Source of the DNA: Paraspadella gotoi | Lineage: Eukaryota; Animalia; Chaetognatha | Direction of reading: 5' to 3' | DNA: 64,000 nucleotides | Assembly (NCBI GenBank): GCA_051294375.1 | Contig: CM119265.1 | Location: 27,224,517-27,288,516 of the forward strand | Shown: positions 13,623 to 25,015 of the stretch, in pieces | Numbering within the stretch: position 1 is the stretch's first letter | Layout: each line of letters begins with the position of its first letter | Program-made: the position numbers and the translations under genes | Notes under the pieces: model-generated | What the model saw: the letters and a program-made list of their open reading frames with translations, nothing else | What the model was told of the DNA's origin: nothing | Database searches by the model: none

Positions 13623-14030
13623 CTAAACCTCTCCTCCAGTCCTCCACCTTCGCCTTAACCTCTCCACGATCATCCGCCTCCGCGCCCAACCGAGACTCTC
13701 GTCGTACTTAGCCCGACTGTCGGGATCGCGCAGAGCTTCGTAGGCGACGGCGACGGAGAAGTAGGTCATGCGGTTGAAATCGGCCGAGTATTGGGCGGAG
13801 GGAGACTTGTCTTTGGGATTGAGATCGGGATGGTGAAGGAAGGAAAGGCGCTCGTAGGCTTCTTCGATGTCCTCCTGAGATGCGTCGACGGGCAGTTCGA
13901 GGATGTGGTAATAGTCGGACCGGGAGGGGGAGACGCTGAAGGCTCGGGCGGACGCGGGAAAAGAGAGGGACGAAGGAGGTTTACGAAAAAGAGTCAGCAG
14001 CGCCGCAGTCGCCGCACGCTTCATTATCAT
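13623..14030 (-). CDS. Small single-exon J-domain protein, probably mitochondrial (DNAJC30/DNAJC4-like)
   Basis: Transit-peptide-like start; DYYHILEL...IEEAYERLSFLHHPDLN (HPD motif)...AYEALRDPDSRAKYD. Confidence 0.85.
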   Translation of the reverse strand: MIMKRAATAALLTLFRKPPSSLSFPASARAFSVSPSRSDYYHILELPVDASQEDIEEAYERLSFLHHPDLNPKDKSPSAQYSADFNRMTYFSVAVAYEALRDPDSRAKYDESLGWARRRMIVERLRRRWRTGGEV

Positions 14031-14240
14031 CGTTAATAAATTAACCTAATATAAAAACAATATCTTATGATATAAACGAGTGATCACGAATAATTCTGGT
14101 GCGCTTTTTTTTTCGCGGGAGTGGGTTGTATCCAAGCGGTGAGCAAATCAAGGGTTACACACGCAAAGGCCCGTTTATTATTCCGCTAACGATTTTTTTT
14201 AAACAACAATTGAGTTTGATATTTAAAATCAATTTATTAA

Positions 14241-15749
14241 TCATAAATCCGTTCTTAACAAGGTTCTGTGTCGAGTCTCTCCCGATCCCTGGCGATACGA
14301 ATTGAAATACATGTAGCGCGAAAAAAATATATAGAGCCAACGGAACCAAACCAACTGGGACTGATGAGCCTGCATTGCTGCGAGGGTCTGAGAAAGAGAG
14401 AGAGAAAGGTAAAAAAAAGGTAAGGTTCCAATCTCGAGACATTTATGTCCAGAGTAAAAAAGTTCATTTTCACAAGCTTGCGAGATCGCGATTCCCAGCG
14501 TGATGTTAAAAATGAATTAGTTTTAATTATTGTATTTATCTAATCTAATTTAACTAATCTACATTTATAATCACCGGCACAATCTACGATTTCGCGTTCA
14601 AATTTTCAGTCGTTCCCGCCAAAATCTCTTGATATCGGATGTTGTTTCACAATGTTTAAAATTAATAAATATATTTCCAATAATTATCACTGATAAATTA
14701 CTTTTAAGTATTGAGGAACGCTGGAGACGAAATAGACGTCCCTCTGAGACCCGGTGAGGAACAAGGAGTCAAGGAAGGAAGAGTATTTCCTGCCGAGGCT
14801 CACTGTCTTCAGAAAATACACGACTGACTTTTCCTGCGTGAAAAAAAAATCTAAATTTATTTAACGTTGTTTTTTCGTAGCCTAGCGACGCTTTTTAAAA
14901 AAATTTTTTTTAACCTTCTGAGATCTTGAGAACTGAGAGGCACCGTGAAAAAGAGAAATGTGATTCTTGTGTCCGCTCACGCCGCGTTCGTCGAAGGTGA
15001 AAATGGCGCTAAAGTTGTGCGTTTCCTGCATCCTGCAACGGGAGTGAGGGGGGGAAGGGATGAGATATGGTGAAGCCTTCACTGGAGGGAGCGAAAAAAA
15101 ACCTTTTTTGAATCACATTCGAGTTTGTTAACAATCAGATCGTTTTTTTTGAAAGAAAAGAAAAAAAAAAGAAAAAAAAAAAAAAACCTGGCGATGGAAT
15201 TGGCGATCGCCGTCGCGTCCCAAGTCAAACGGGGATCGTCGTCAAAGTCTTCGACGACGACGTTGGTTCGATCGATCCCCAAATTCATCCCCGCCGCCTG
15301 CAATTCTTTGACGCGGACGGAACCGAGGCCGTCGTAGTCGCCGCTCGACAAGCAGAGCAAATGAACCTCGAAACCTTTCGAGCAAAAAAAAGTAAAAAAA
15401 AGAAGACTTTAGCGATCGTAAAAAAAATGATGAGTTTCGAAGACCTTACCTTTTTCGACGAGGCTCAAAATGGTGGGGGCGAAGAACATGACTTCGTCGT
15501 CCGGGTGAGCCGTCAGCAGCAGAACTTTCGAGGCGGGGAAGTTCAAGAGTTGGAATCGGCTGCGATGACGCAAGACCAGAAAGGCGATGAATCCGAATCT
15601 TTGGTGGGGGAAGAAATGGGGGGGGGGACCGGAAATAAGCGAAAGGGTGAAATCGGATTCGCGTCACGAATCTGAGATCTGATATTCTTCCGTCTTACTT
15701 ACCCCAATAAGGCAATGATGCAAAGCACAACGATAACAGATGCCGACAT
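14241..15749 (-). CDS. PIGL: GlcNAc-PI de-N-acetylase
   Basis: N-terminal anchor MSASVIVVLCIIALL; VLLLTAHPDDEVMFFAPTIL; LCLSSGDYDGLGSVRVKEL; TFDERGVSGHKNH; AMQAHQSQLVWFRWLYIFFSRYMYFN. Confidence 0.95.
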
Positions 15750-15964
15750 CCCAAACAGATGCGAGCGACGTCGAGGATAGCTTTTCTTAAGCCAAAAACT
15801 ATATGAGTTTTCTTTGGGGGTTTGGGAGGGAAATGAAGAGCAAGGCGAAGAACAACTTGGAGAAGATGAATTCGCAATAATGTTTTTTTTTTTAAATGGG
15901 GGTCGTTCTATTAACAACTGGATGTTTAGTTTTTTGGGTTTTTTTTTGTTTCTTCCCCCTCCTC

Positions 15965-16263
15965 TTAACCGGTTTGGTTGTTCTGAGGAGGAGTCTCCCC
16001 AAGGAGCCCGTTCAAGGCCAGATCGGTCCACTTCTGCTCCGCCTCGGCCAGAGTCTCTTGGGTCTTTCCGTTGTCGGGCTCCGGTTCGGGCAACTCCATC
16101 GCCGGCACCATCACGTCGTCGTCGGGCAATCGATCCTTATTAAAAAATTTTTTTAAAATAAGAACGAATAAATTATTCTAAAAAAAAGACAATATACCTT
16201 CCGCCAATCGTCGTCCACCAAATCCATGAGATGCTCGTCCGGTTGATATTGACTGTCGCTCAT
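15965..16263 (-). CDS. ANAPC13: Anaphase-promoting complex subunit 13
   Basis: Two exons: MSDSQYQPDEHLMDLVDDDWRK|DRLPDDDVMVPAMELPEPEPDNGKTQETLAEAEQKWTDLAL...*. Confidence 0.93.
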
Positions 16264-16421
16264 CACGACGCTTAAACAATAACAGTTTTCACGACACTGA
16301 AGTGTAAAAAATAAACATAAACAAGCATAAATAGTAAACAATGTCGTTGGTGGTGAGAGAGAGAGAGAAAAAAAGGAATGTTAATTATTATTGACGAGAT
16401 CCTTTTTCCTTTTCTTTGTTT

Positions 16422-19400
16422 TTAATCTTCTTTCTTCTGATGATCGAGATTAATATCTAAGTGGAAATCTTTAGGTCGGGACATTACGGTGGACCACATC
16501 AGCAGCCAGAGCGGAAAATAACCTGAAAATAAAATAAAATATTTTTTTTTCATGAAATTTGCAAAATTGTCTGCTTAATTTAAGATTTTATATCGATGTT
16601 GGTCTGGAAATAGGATAAAACACAAGGATAAAATACTTTCAACTCTGGGTTTTTAATTAAAAATTATCATTCTTGTCAGGAAGTTATTTATTGATAAAAT
16701 ATGTAAATACTGAGGCGAATCCTAAATTCGTTCTATCCCCTCACGGTCACGCTGGTTAAGTGTGATGGTGTCGGCTTAAACACGCCAGTGACATGGGGTG
16801 GTCGCTGCATGTTCAAAGCCCTGAGCGCCAACTGTCGCGAGATGGCTCGCACCCCTCACACACCAGGCATCACACAAGACTGCCCGTTGCCATAATATAT
16901 TGGTTGTACCAATTTCATAATATATTTGAGCCTGGAGTTTCTTACCCAAAACGGCAATGGTGATAGTTTGAACTCCGTGAACGTGAAGATCCACGACTGA
17001 ACTGAACAATCCTTCCTTGTACACCTTGATTGAAAGAAGGACGAAATATGTCTGGTTGATAATGATATTTCACCGAAAACACACTTTTGCTGACTCTCTC
17101 TCTCTCTCTCTCTCTCACCGAAAACACCCTGGCCATTTCTACATCCTCGTCGTACATCAGCATCCGCATCACGACCCCATAGAGAAACAGCATCGGGGGC
17201 GAGACGGCGAGAACAAGAAGAGAAGTGACGCCGCGAGCGAGGAGCGTCTCCCTCGGACTCGTCACCAACGCCACGGGGACGACGATGAGGGACGTCAAGA
17301 GGGCGAGAGAGAAGTTGGTGAGGGAGAGGGAGAAGAGGAAGAGTGCGAGGAGCATGAGGGAGACGCACTTGAGAAGAGCGGAGGTCGAGGTGGTCATGCC
17401 GCGGGAGAAGGGTGCGTCGTGAGAATGGCCTGTTCGTATGGGGAAAAGGAAGGATTTGAACTTATTCGGATCTGACCAAAATTAATCAAGTTGTCGTTCC
17501 TTCACCATTAACCTTGAACGATGCAGGCGACGGAGGTCGGGGGCGCGCGTTGCGACGAAGAACTTTCCACGATTTTGCTGAGATAAACGGGGATGATGAG
17601 GATCGGGGTGAGCAAAGCCACGTGACCTAAGAGAAGACCCGTCGAGAGGGGAACGCGGAAGACGCGTCCCGTGTCCATGAAGAATCGGTGACTAAAGAAG
17701 GGGAAGCATTATTGTAAGATCAGTAAATTGTTTAATTTTAAAGTCTAACAAAGATCCGTCGTATTACATGCAAGAAAGAAAATAAAATCGCTAATAGAAT
17801 TCGTTAGAAAATACAATGGTGAGAAATTGTTTTGCTCACTCTGTTCAAACGCCGGTATTTTTCTCTCTCTCTTTCTTTCCCTCTCTCTCTTTCTTTTTAC
17901 AATTAGCCAATCTGATTCCATTCGCTTATCATTTCAATAAATCTTCCTCTCATTTTGTTTACCATTTTCATCACGACCACCTCCACTGCGACCAAGTCTC
18001 GATTGAAATTGTTTTCTCCTCCAAATACCTGACGAAAATGACAAAGGCAGCGAGGTAACTGTAGGCAAGGTTGATGACGATGTGAAGCACGTTGACGGGC
18101 GGTTTGGGCTCCTCGCTCTCATCCTCTTCATCCTCCCTTTCTTTGTTGGGGTTGGAGCAGAGATTTCGAATCATTTCCTTGGGGAAGGAAGTAAAACAGT
18201 TTTTTTAAAGACGTTAAGTCTCTCGTGAATAAATCAATAAATAAATCATCGCCGGCCGAACCTTCAACGGTGGAATAAGTTCCATCATTCCGGCGTCGGA
18301 CCAAAGAGAAAAGGCCTGGACGATGAGAGGAACGACGATGAGAGCAAAGGGGCGCATGTAGAGACCGATGGAGACGTAACGCTCCGTCGCGGGGAGGACG
18401 TAGAAAAAGAACGACTGAAAGAGTCATGGAAATAAAAGAAGGCATGGAACTTGCAGAAGCCATGGACGTCAAGGGAGACTATACGTATATCTCATGCAAA
18501 ATACATTTCGTAATTGAACATTGAACAATGAACAACACAAAGAGTCCTACCAAAAATGACAAGGCTAACTCCTTTTCAAAAAACCCCCTCACCTGGTGAA
18601 ACCTTTCCAACAGATTGTTCAAACTCCTGAAGATCGATTCCACGATCCTCGCCATCTCCAAAGCTCCGAACCTCGCGTCGGACGGGGCTCCCTCGAGGGA
18701 GGAGAGGGTAATGGCTTCCACGTGATACTTGTGAAAGAGGCCGTGATTGCCCGAGTGGTAGCCCGTCGCCTGGCCGAGCATGCCACGGGCCAGGGTCTTG
18801 AGCGAGTGGAGGAGGCCGTTTCGAGAGTTGGGAGATTGGTGATCCACGCGGTTCTTCAGTTTGGGGACGATTCCTTCTTTTCTGAAGGCGGGAGGGAGAG
18901 AGAAAAATGGTACATTTTTAAAAAAACAGCATAGCAGCCGCAAATATAAAGTGTCTCGTAACCAACCGGATCATCCTGACGGCGAGGTTGACGAGATCCA
19001 AGTTCGGCAATTGACCGTTCAATCCCTCGATCTTTAAATCGATCGCTGCCAATTTCTTAGAATTCATTTCCAAGTTGATCGCAGCTTGAATTGAGCCGCC
19101 TCTGGCTTGCAGTTCCGCCGTCTAGAGAAAAATTAAAAATGATTCAATGGTATTAACGTAAATTATTAATGTAATTGTAATGTAATGTAATTGTCCCGAT
19201 CGACTTACCTTGAAGTGGGTGGACGGCATTTGATGATAAGCTTCGAGCCAGGCGGCCATCCCAACGTCCTCGTGGTCGGTGACGAGGACGATGATGTCCT
19301 TGGCCCAGTAGGTCGTCTTCCTGGCAAATTGCGCGAAGGCCAGCATGGTAGCTATGGCGTAATTGTTTTCCGGCTTGAGGCCGTTGTCCGGAGGTCGGTA

Positions 19401-20028
19401 GGGAGCGCTGAGGACCACTGATTCTGTGCTGGGGGTTCGAAGGGCTCGCATTATGCCGTACACGTTCTTTCCTGGTGAGGAAGAGCGAGGATTTAAATGT
19501 TTCTGATAAACAAACGACAACGATTGAAATTAAAGCAGAGAAATACTTATAAAATCGTTAATTCCGAATTCGTGGAAAACCTGGAACGGCCTCGCCATCG
19601 GCGATCCCAAACGGATACGAGACGTTGTATTCATGGACGTAAGCCTCGAGGCCGATCTTCCTCATTGCATCGACGAGCCACTCGGCGGGGATCGAGCGAC
19701 CAGCGGCTTCGGCCTGCGGCGTCAAGGCCGCGTGGAAGCTGTGGATGGATTTCTCGTCGTAGTATTCGCCTGAAGTGATTTGAATGTTAATTTGGTATTT
19801 TTATTGGTTTACTCTCTCGTTCTCTCTCTTTCCCCCCACCGACTTACCTTGGACTAAGCCAGGCAGGAGGGCGTTCTCGCTGAAGTAGGTCCCGTCATTG
19901 TATCCTCGATAGGCGAGAATAAGGAGATGGGCGACGCCGGTCAAGTAGGAAAGAAAGCAAAGGGCCTTAGAGTTCTTTTTGATAAACTTAATGATCCTGG
20001 CGCCCAGGCGTTGTTTGACAATCGTCAT
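16422..20028 (-). CDS. GPAA1: GPI transamidase subunit GAA1
   Basis: GTYFSENALLPGLV; GKNVYGIMRALRTPSTESVVLSAPY; YWAKDIIVLV; EGLNGQLPNLDLVNL; ESIFRSLNNLLERFHQSFFFYVLP..RYVSIGLYM; multi-TM C-terminus. Confidence 0.96.
16712..16893 (+). mobile_element. SINE family A copy 3, internally deleted (last GPAA1 intron)
   Basis: GGCGAATCCTAAATTCG joins almost directly to ATCCCCTCACGGTCA..GTGTGATGGTGTCGGC, matching copy 1 apart from a gap. Confidence 0.7.
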
Positions 20029-20134
20029 TTTTTTTTTCAAATTACTAATGGTGAGAAAAAAAATTGACTGACATTATTAATATTATAGTAAATATTTGAC
20101 GAGTTTACCGTTTATTGGACATTCATTCAATGTA

Positions 20135-20650
20135 TCAGGTTTGCTTTTTATGTATCTTATCATATACGAACTTAGCCGAAACCACATCTTGCACGGTCAT
20201 TCCTAAGTTTTTAAAAATCGTGGTTTTGCTTCCCACGTCGCCTTCTCCCTCGATAAATTTTCCTTCTTGCCGACAACGCAGCGCGACTTCGCCCAACTCC
20301 GCCTTCATTAAATCCACAGCACCGCTCAGGATGATGTCGCCAGCTTCAGAGGCAGCGCCGGTACGACTGTCGACGATCACGAGGCTCTCCCTGACCAGAC
20401 TCGCCTCAAGCACTTGCTGGTCACTCCCGGGGGCGCCGGCGGCATTTATGTGGGAACCAAGTTTGACAATACTCTTAAACAAAATGGGAGTCGTGGCCAG
20501 CGTGGCCGTGACAATGACGTCAGCGTCATGAACAGCTTCTTCAGCCGAATCGCAGGCTAGAACGCCGAACTCCTGGGCAAAGGCTTCCCTCTTCTCTTTT
20601 GGCGGGCTCCCGGACAAGTTTTAACACTTCTAAATGGCTGCGCGCCTGAT
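20135..20650 (-). pseudogene. 5'-truncated tandem duplicate of CRYM (C-terminal half)
   Basis: ORF 20135-20617 parallels the CRYM C-terminus. The upstream remnant HQARSHLEVLKLVR is out of frame because of a deletion. The N-terminal half is absent. Confidence 0.8.
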
Positions 20651-20891
20651 GCCACTATAATAACCAAATTAGATCAAGATGATGAATTAAAATTTATTCA
20701 AAATCAAATAAAGTAGCTATCACAGATGAGTCCCATTAATTAAAAAACAGATAAAAAAACAAAACAATTGTAATAAATATTCATTATAGATTTTGATTAA
20801 AACCTGATTAAATAAAAAAATAATTGAAATTTAACTTTTGAGACATCAATTATATATTAGTCGCCCAAGGGGTAGTTTTTCATTTGTATTT

Positions 20892-21845
20892 TCAACCACA
20901 AATTTTGTCATAAACAAACTTTGCTGATACAACATCCTGAACAGCCATTCCCAAATTTTTAAAAATGGTGGTCTTGCTTGTATAGTCGCCCTCTCTATCA
21001 CAAGATATTCCTTTTTGTTGACAGAGCAAGGCAACTTCACCCAACTCTGCCTCAATTGAATCCACAGCACCGCTTAATATAATGTCGCCAGCTTCTGATG
21101 AAGCACCAGCACGACTGTCCACAATCACACGGCTCTCCCTGACGAGACTCGCCTCAAGCTCTTGCTGATCACGCCGGGGGGCACCAACGGCGTTGATATG
21201 GGCACCAGGTTTGACAAAACGTTTTAACAAAATGGGAATCTTAGCCAATGTAGCTGTCACAACAACATCTGCATCACGAACGGCTTCCTCAGCTGATTCG
21301 CAGGCCTGGATGCCAAAGTCCTGGGCAAAGGCCTCCCTTGACTCTTTGCGAGGGCTCCAAACAGAGATGGTCTCAAAATCCCGGACCAGCCTCAATGCAA
21401 CCAAGTGGCTGCGGGCTTGATGCCCTGACCCAAGGATGCACAGTTTTTTGGAGGATTTTGGCGCCAAGTATTTAGTAGCAACAGCGGAGACAGCAGCTGT
21501 TCGCATCTCAGTAATCACCTCTCCGTCCATTAGGCAAAGTACCGACCCATTGTCCGGATTAAACAAGATAATTGTAGCGTGATGCGTTGGGACGTCAGTA
21601 TTATTAGGAAAAAGTGTGACCATTTTAGTCGCCAGTGCCTTGTCCTGGGCGCTATATCCTGGCATACTGAACAAAAAGCCATCTTGTTCCTTTACGGGAA
21701 CCGTCAACCTTACAGGCTGAACGATACCCCCTTCCTCGCCTTGGGAATATCTGATCATAGCTTTTTCCATCAAGGGAATCAACTCTTCCATGCTGAGAGT
21801 TTGACGGACGTTTTCCGATGAAATTTGTAAAATAGGTTTGCCCAT
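20892..21845 (-). CDS. CRYM: Mu-crystallin / ketimine reductase (ornithine cyclodeaminase family), intronless
   Basis: QPVRLTVPV, MPGYS, ALATKMVT, MDGEVITEMRTAAVSAVATKYL, ILGSGHQARSH, GAHINAVGA, FKNLGMAVQD. Confidence 0.95.
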   Translation of the reverse strand: MGKPILQISSENVRQTLSMEELIPLMEKAMIRYSQGEEGGIVQPVRLTVPVKEQDGFLFSMPGYSAQDKALATKMVTLFPNNTDVPTHHATIILFNPDNGSVLCLMDGEVITEMRTAAVSAVATKYLAPKSSKKLCILGSGHQARSHLVALRLVRDFETISVWSPRKESREAFAQDFGIQACESAEEAVRDADVVVTATLAKIPILLKRFVKPGAHINAVGAPRRDQQELEASLVRESRVIVDSRAGASSEAGDIILSGAVDSIEAELGEVALLCQQKGISCDREGDYTSKTTIFKNLGMAVQDVVSAKFVYDKICG

Positions 21846-22075
21846 TTTGACTGCTTTGGCAACGAAAAAAAATAAAATAAAAATAAAAACGAAATCAACG
21901 GAGTTATACAAAACTTTAGCTAGTGAGTTAACAAGTGCACCATAAAACCGTGTAACAAATATGCCATATACACTTTATTCAAAATATGCTCATTGCTTAT
22001 TAATAAGTTCCTGAATCGAAAAACAAACAAATTACAAAATATATGCCCAAATGCGACGAGCTAAATTTAATAATT

Positions 22076-23758
22076 TTAAAACCCAATGAAGACCCCGTCG
22101 CTCCTTGGGTCACAGCCTCCGATCCAAGCAATTGTCGACCCTTCAACGTCATCAACAAACGATTCTCTCCGAATCACGTGACCTCTTCCAAACAAAGTGC
22201 GATCAAATCCTCTCAAAGGGCCGACGACAGAATGTCCACGCCTTTCGAGTTCGCGGTCGACCTCGGCCGGTATACCTTCCTCCAACGATACGTCCCCGTG
22301 AGAACCCTCATGGCCGGGACCGACGCAAAAGCGCGGGACCTGCAGCGCCTCTTGTGGACTCAATCCACGCAGGATCATGTTGAGAAGGACTTGCACGTGA
22401 CCCTGCGGCTGCATGAACCCGCCCATGACGCCGTAAACGGCGATCAATGAAGAATCAATGGGCGAAGTCACCATGGCCGGAATTATAGTGTGGTAAGGCC
22501 GTTTGAGGGGTGCCACGCAATTTGCGTGACCCTCTTCAAGAGAGAAATTCAAACCACGATTGTGAAGCGAAAACCCACAATTTTCAGGAACGATTCCCGT
22601 TCCGAATCCCATGAAGTTGCTGTTGATAAAGGAGCAGGCATTGCCGTTAGAGTCGACAGCGCAGAGGTAAACTGTGTCACCTTCGCTAGAGAGAGAATTG
22701 ACACCGATGTCGCTGGAGACTGATTTTAAAGCCTCGTCGTTTCTAATCAGCGCCGCCCTCGATCGCGCGTATTCTTTGCTCAACAGCTTTTTCAGAGGAA
22801 CGTCATAGTGGACGGTATCGGCGCAGTGGCGCTCGGCGTCGGCGAAGGCCAAACGAATCGCCTCGATGAGAAAGTGGAAGTAGTCGGCCGACCCGGGCGC
22901 CGCCGATTCGAGCCGATCGCCGAGAGCGTCGAGAATGTTGAGAGCGATTAGGGCCACGATCCCCTGACCATTGGGCGGAATTTCCCAGAGACGATGTCCG
23001 CGAAAATCGGTAAAGATCGGCTCGACTTCGTTGGAGGCGTGGCCTTGCATGTCCGCGGTCGTCAAGACGCCTCCCGCCTTTTGGACCGCAGCGACGATGG
23101 ATTTCGCTATGAGCGATTCGACATCGTAGAAAGTCTTTCGGGCGCCGTTTTCGCCAAGAGTCTTCATGACCCTCGCGAGTTTCGGATTGCGGAAGACGTC
23201 GCTAGATGAGGGACTCCTCGGCCCCAAGTCGTCCATCACTAGGAGATCTTCGCCCCAGGAATTGTCCGGTCGGCGGAGGAGGCTTTCGCCGGATTTCCAC
23301 AGGTGCTCCACCCAGGGGCCGACGCAGAATCCTGACTCGGCGATCTCGACGGCGGGTTGGAGGATTTCCGCGAAGGAGAGACGATGAGAGCCGAAGAGGC
23401 GAAGGGCGTCCTCCCACGCGGCCGCCGCGCCGGGCACGGTGACCGCGAAGCCGTGCGTCGGCGGAATGCCCTTGGAGAACCCAGAGGCGTCGACCTTCTC
23501 CAACGTCAATCCGGCCGGCGCTCTTCCCGATCCGTTGAGGCCACGCACACGCTTCGTAGCGGCGTCGTAGAAGAGGCAGAAGGCGTCGCCGCCCAAACCC
23601 GTGGCACAGGGCATGGTAACGCCCAGCGCCGCTGCCATAGCGACGGCGGCATCGGCGGCGTTGCCACCCTGCTGCAGAATCCGCAGACCGGTGTGGGAGG
23701 CAAGTGGCTGCGAGCAGGAAACCGCGCCGTGAGAATGTCGAGCCGGGGCGGAGGTCAT
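22076..23758 (-). CDS. Gamma-glutamyltranspeptidase / glutathione hydrolase, YwrD-like subfamily, intronless
   Basis: SQPLAS..G..IL..GGNAADAAVA, GLGGDAF, WEIPPNGQG, catalytic Thr in GDTVYLCAVD, KRPYHTIIP, GVMGGFMQPQGHVQ, DPRSDG. No N-terminal membrane anchor. Confidence 0.95.
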   Translation of the reverse strand: MTSAPARHSHGAVSCSQPLASHTGLRILQQGGNAADAAVAMAAALGVTMPCATGLGGDAFCLFYDAATKRVRGLNGSGRAPAGLTLEKVDASGFSKGIPPTHGFAVTVPGAAAAWEDALRLFGSHRLSFAEILQPAVEIAESGFCVGPWVEHLWKSGESLLRRPDNSWGEDLLVMDDLGPRSPSSSDVFRNPKLARVMKTLGENGARKTFYDVESLIAKSIVAAVQKAGGVLTTADMQGHASNEVEPIFTDFRGHRLWEIPPNGQGIVALIALNILDALGDRLESAAPGSADYFHFLIEAIRLAFADAERHCADTVHYDVPLKKLLSKEYARSRAALIRNDEALKSVSSDIGVNSLSSEGDTVYLCAVDSNGNACSFINSNFMGFGTGIVPENCGFSLHNRGLNFSLEEGHANCVAPLKRPYHTIIPAMVTSPIDSSLIAVYGVMGGFMQPQGHVQVLLNMILRGLSPQEALQVPRFCVGPGHEGSHGDVSLEEGIPAEVDRELERRGHSVVGPLRGFDRTLFGRGHVIRRESFVDDVEGSTIAWIGGCDPRSDGVFIGF

Positions 23759-25015
23759 GACTACGGAAAATTTCGTAAACACAATGAGAATCTTGAGGCG
23801 CTTCTGCTCTTCCTTTTAATCTCATCCGGTGCCCGCTCAAAATCTGTCACGTCGAGCAAAGTGACGACCGAAATCTGATCTTTGTTGACGTTGCCATATG
23901 CCAGAAATAATAATTACCACGCAATCGCAGAATAAAACATGTTCAAACATGGAAAATCCGAAAGCCGTGAATATTAAAATTATAATATTAAATCGAAAAA
24001 TATCTAGACTAGAGATATTTTAAAATATTATAAAAAATGTAATGAAGGAAAAAAAAATTGAAACGATCCACCTCCTTCGGTTGAAGTCGACGCCTGGATG
24101 TAAACAGGAAAGAAGAAGAAGAAGAAGAAGAAGAAGAAGAAATGAGGAAAGAGTCTGTATTAATTAAAATTAATATAGAAAACGGAGGGGCGATATTAAT
24201 ATTTGTTGTGATAAAATTAGTAAATTGAAGCAGTTATTATATGTTATTTTTTAGTTTTAGGTGTAATAATTTAAAGTTTAGAAGCACATGTTTTATAATA
24301 AGAAGAAGAAAAAATAGAAGAAGAAGAAGACGAAGTCTCGAACAAAAGACAAAATTGATTCGTTTCGTAAATAAAATTATTATAAAATGTATTTAAAATA
24401 TTTCATAATTTCGGAAGATTTTAGTACATGTGCATGTTTGCTCTTTGTGGACCCAATTAATGAATATTTGTTTTAAATCCTGGAGGGGTTTTTTCATTTT
24501 TACTTTTTTTCTAAATTTATTTAGATTTTAAAATTAGCAAAGAGAATTTGTTTTTAATTCGACAACGATTTTATTTTTTAATACAAAACAGACATATTTC
24601 GACTTTAATGTAAGCTTTAATATTTAATCTCCTAACACAACTAATCGAAAGAATTTTCGCAATGATTTTAAAATTTTATCGTTCTTAGAATTAAATTTAG
24701 TCTTTTAATCTCTGGATCTTAAAATTTCCTCACCCATTTATTAATTTATCGCTCTTTTTTATTTTTAGGGACCACAGCTTTTGCAGCACGGCTTATGCAG
24801 GAGCCTCAGTCGATTTTGCCAACTTAATGTTTACTTAACTGCGCATTTATCTAAACAAATAACATTTCTGATAGGCGTTCAAGCTTTCAGTTGTCCCCCT
24901 CGCCCGCGTGGGAAGATAATTCAGACGAAGTAAATTTCATTATTCGTGCGGGTATTAGTATTAGTTTTACTACGCATTTATCCGACTTCATTTTCTAGCT
25001 CCTCTACCCCTCAAC

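Noticed and set aside
20892-23758. Bacterial HGT island or contamination
   Set aside because: CRYM is clearly animal mu-crystallin-like, and YwrD-type GGTs occur in animals. Flanks are eukaryotic. Lack of introns alone is insufficient.
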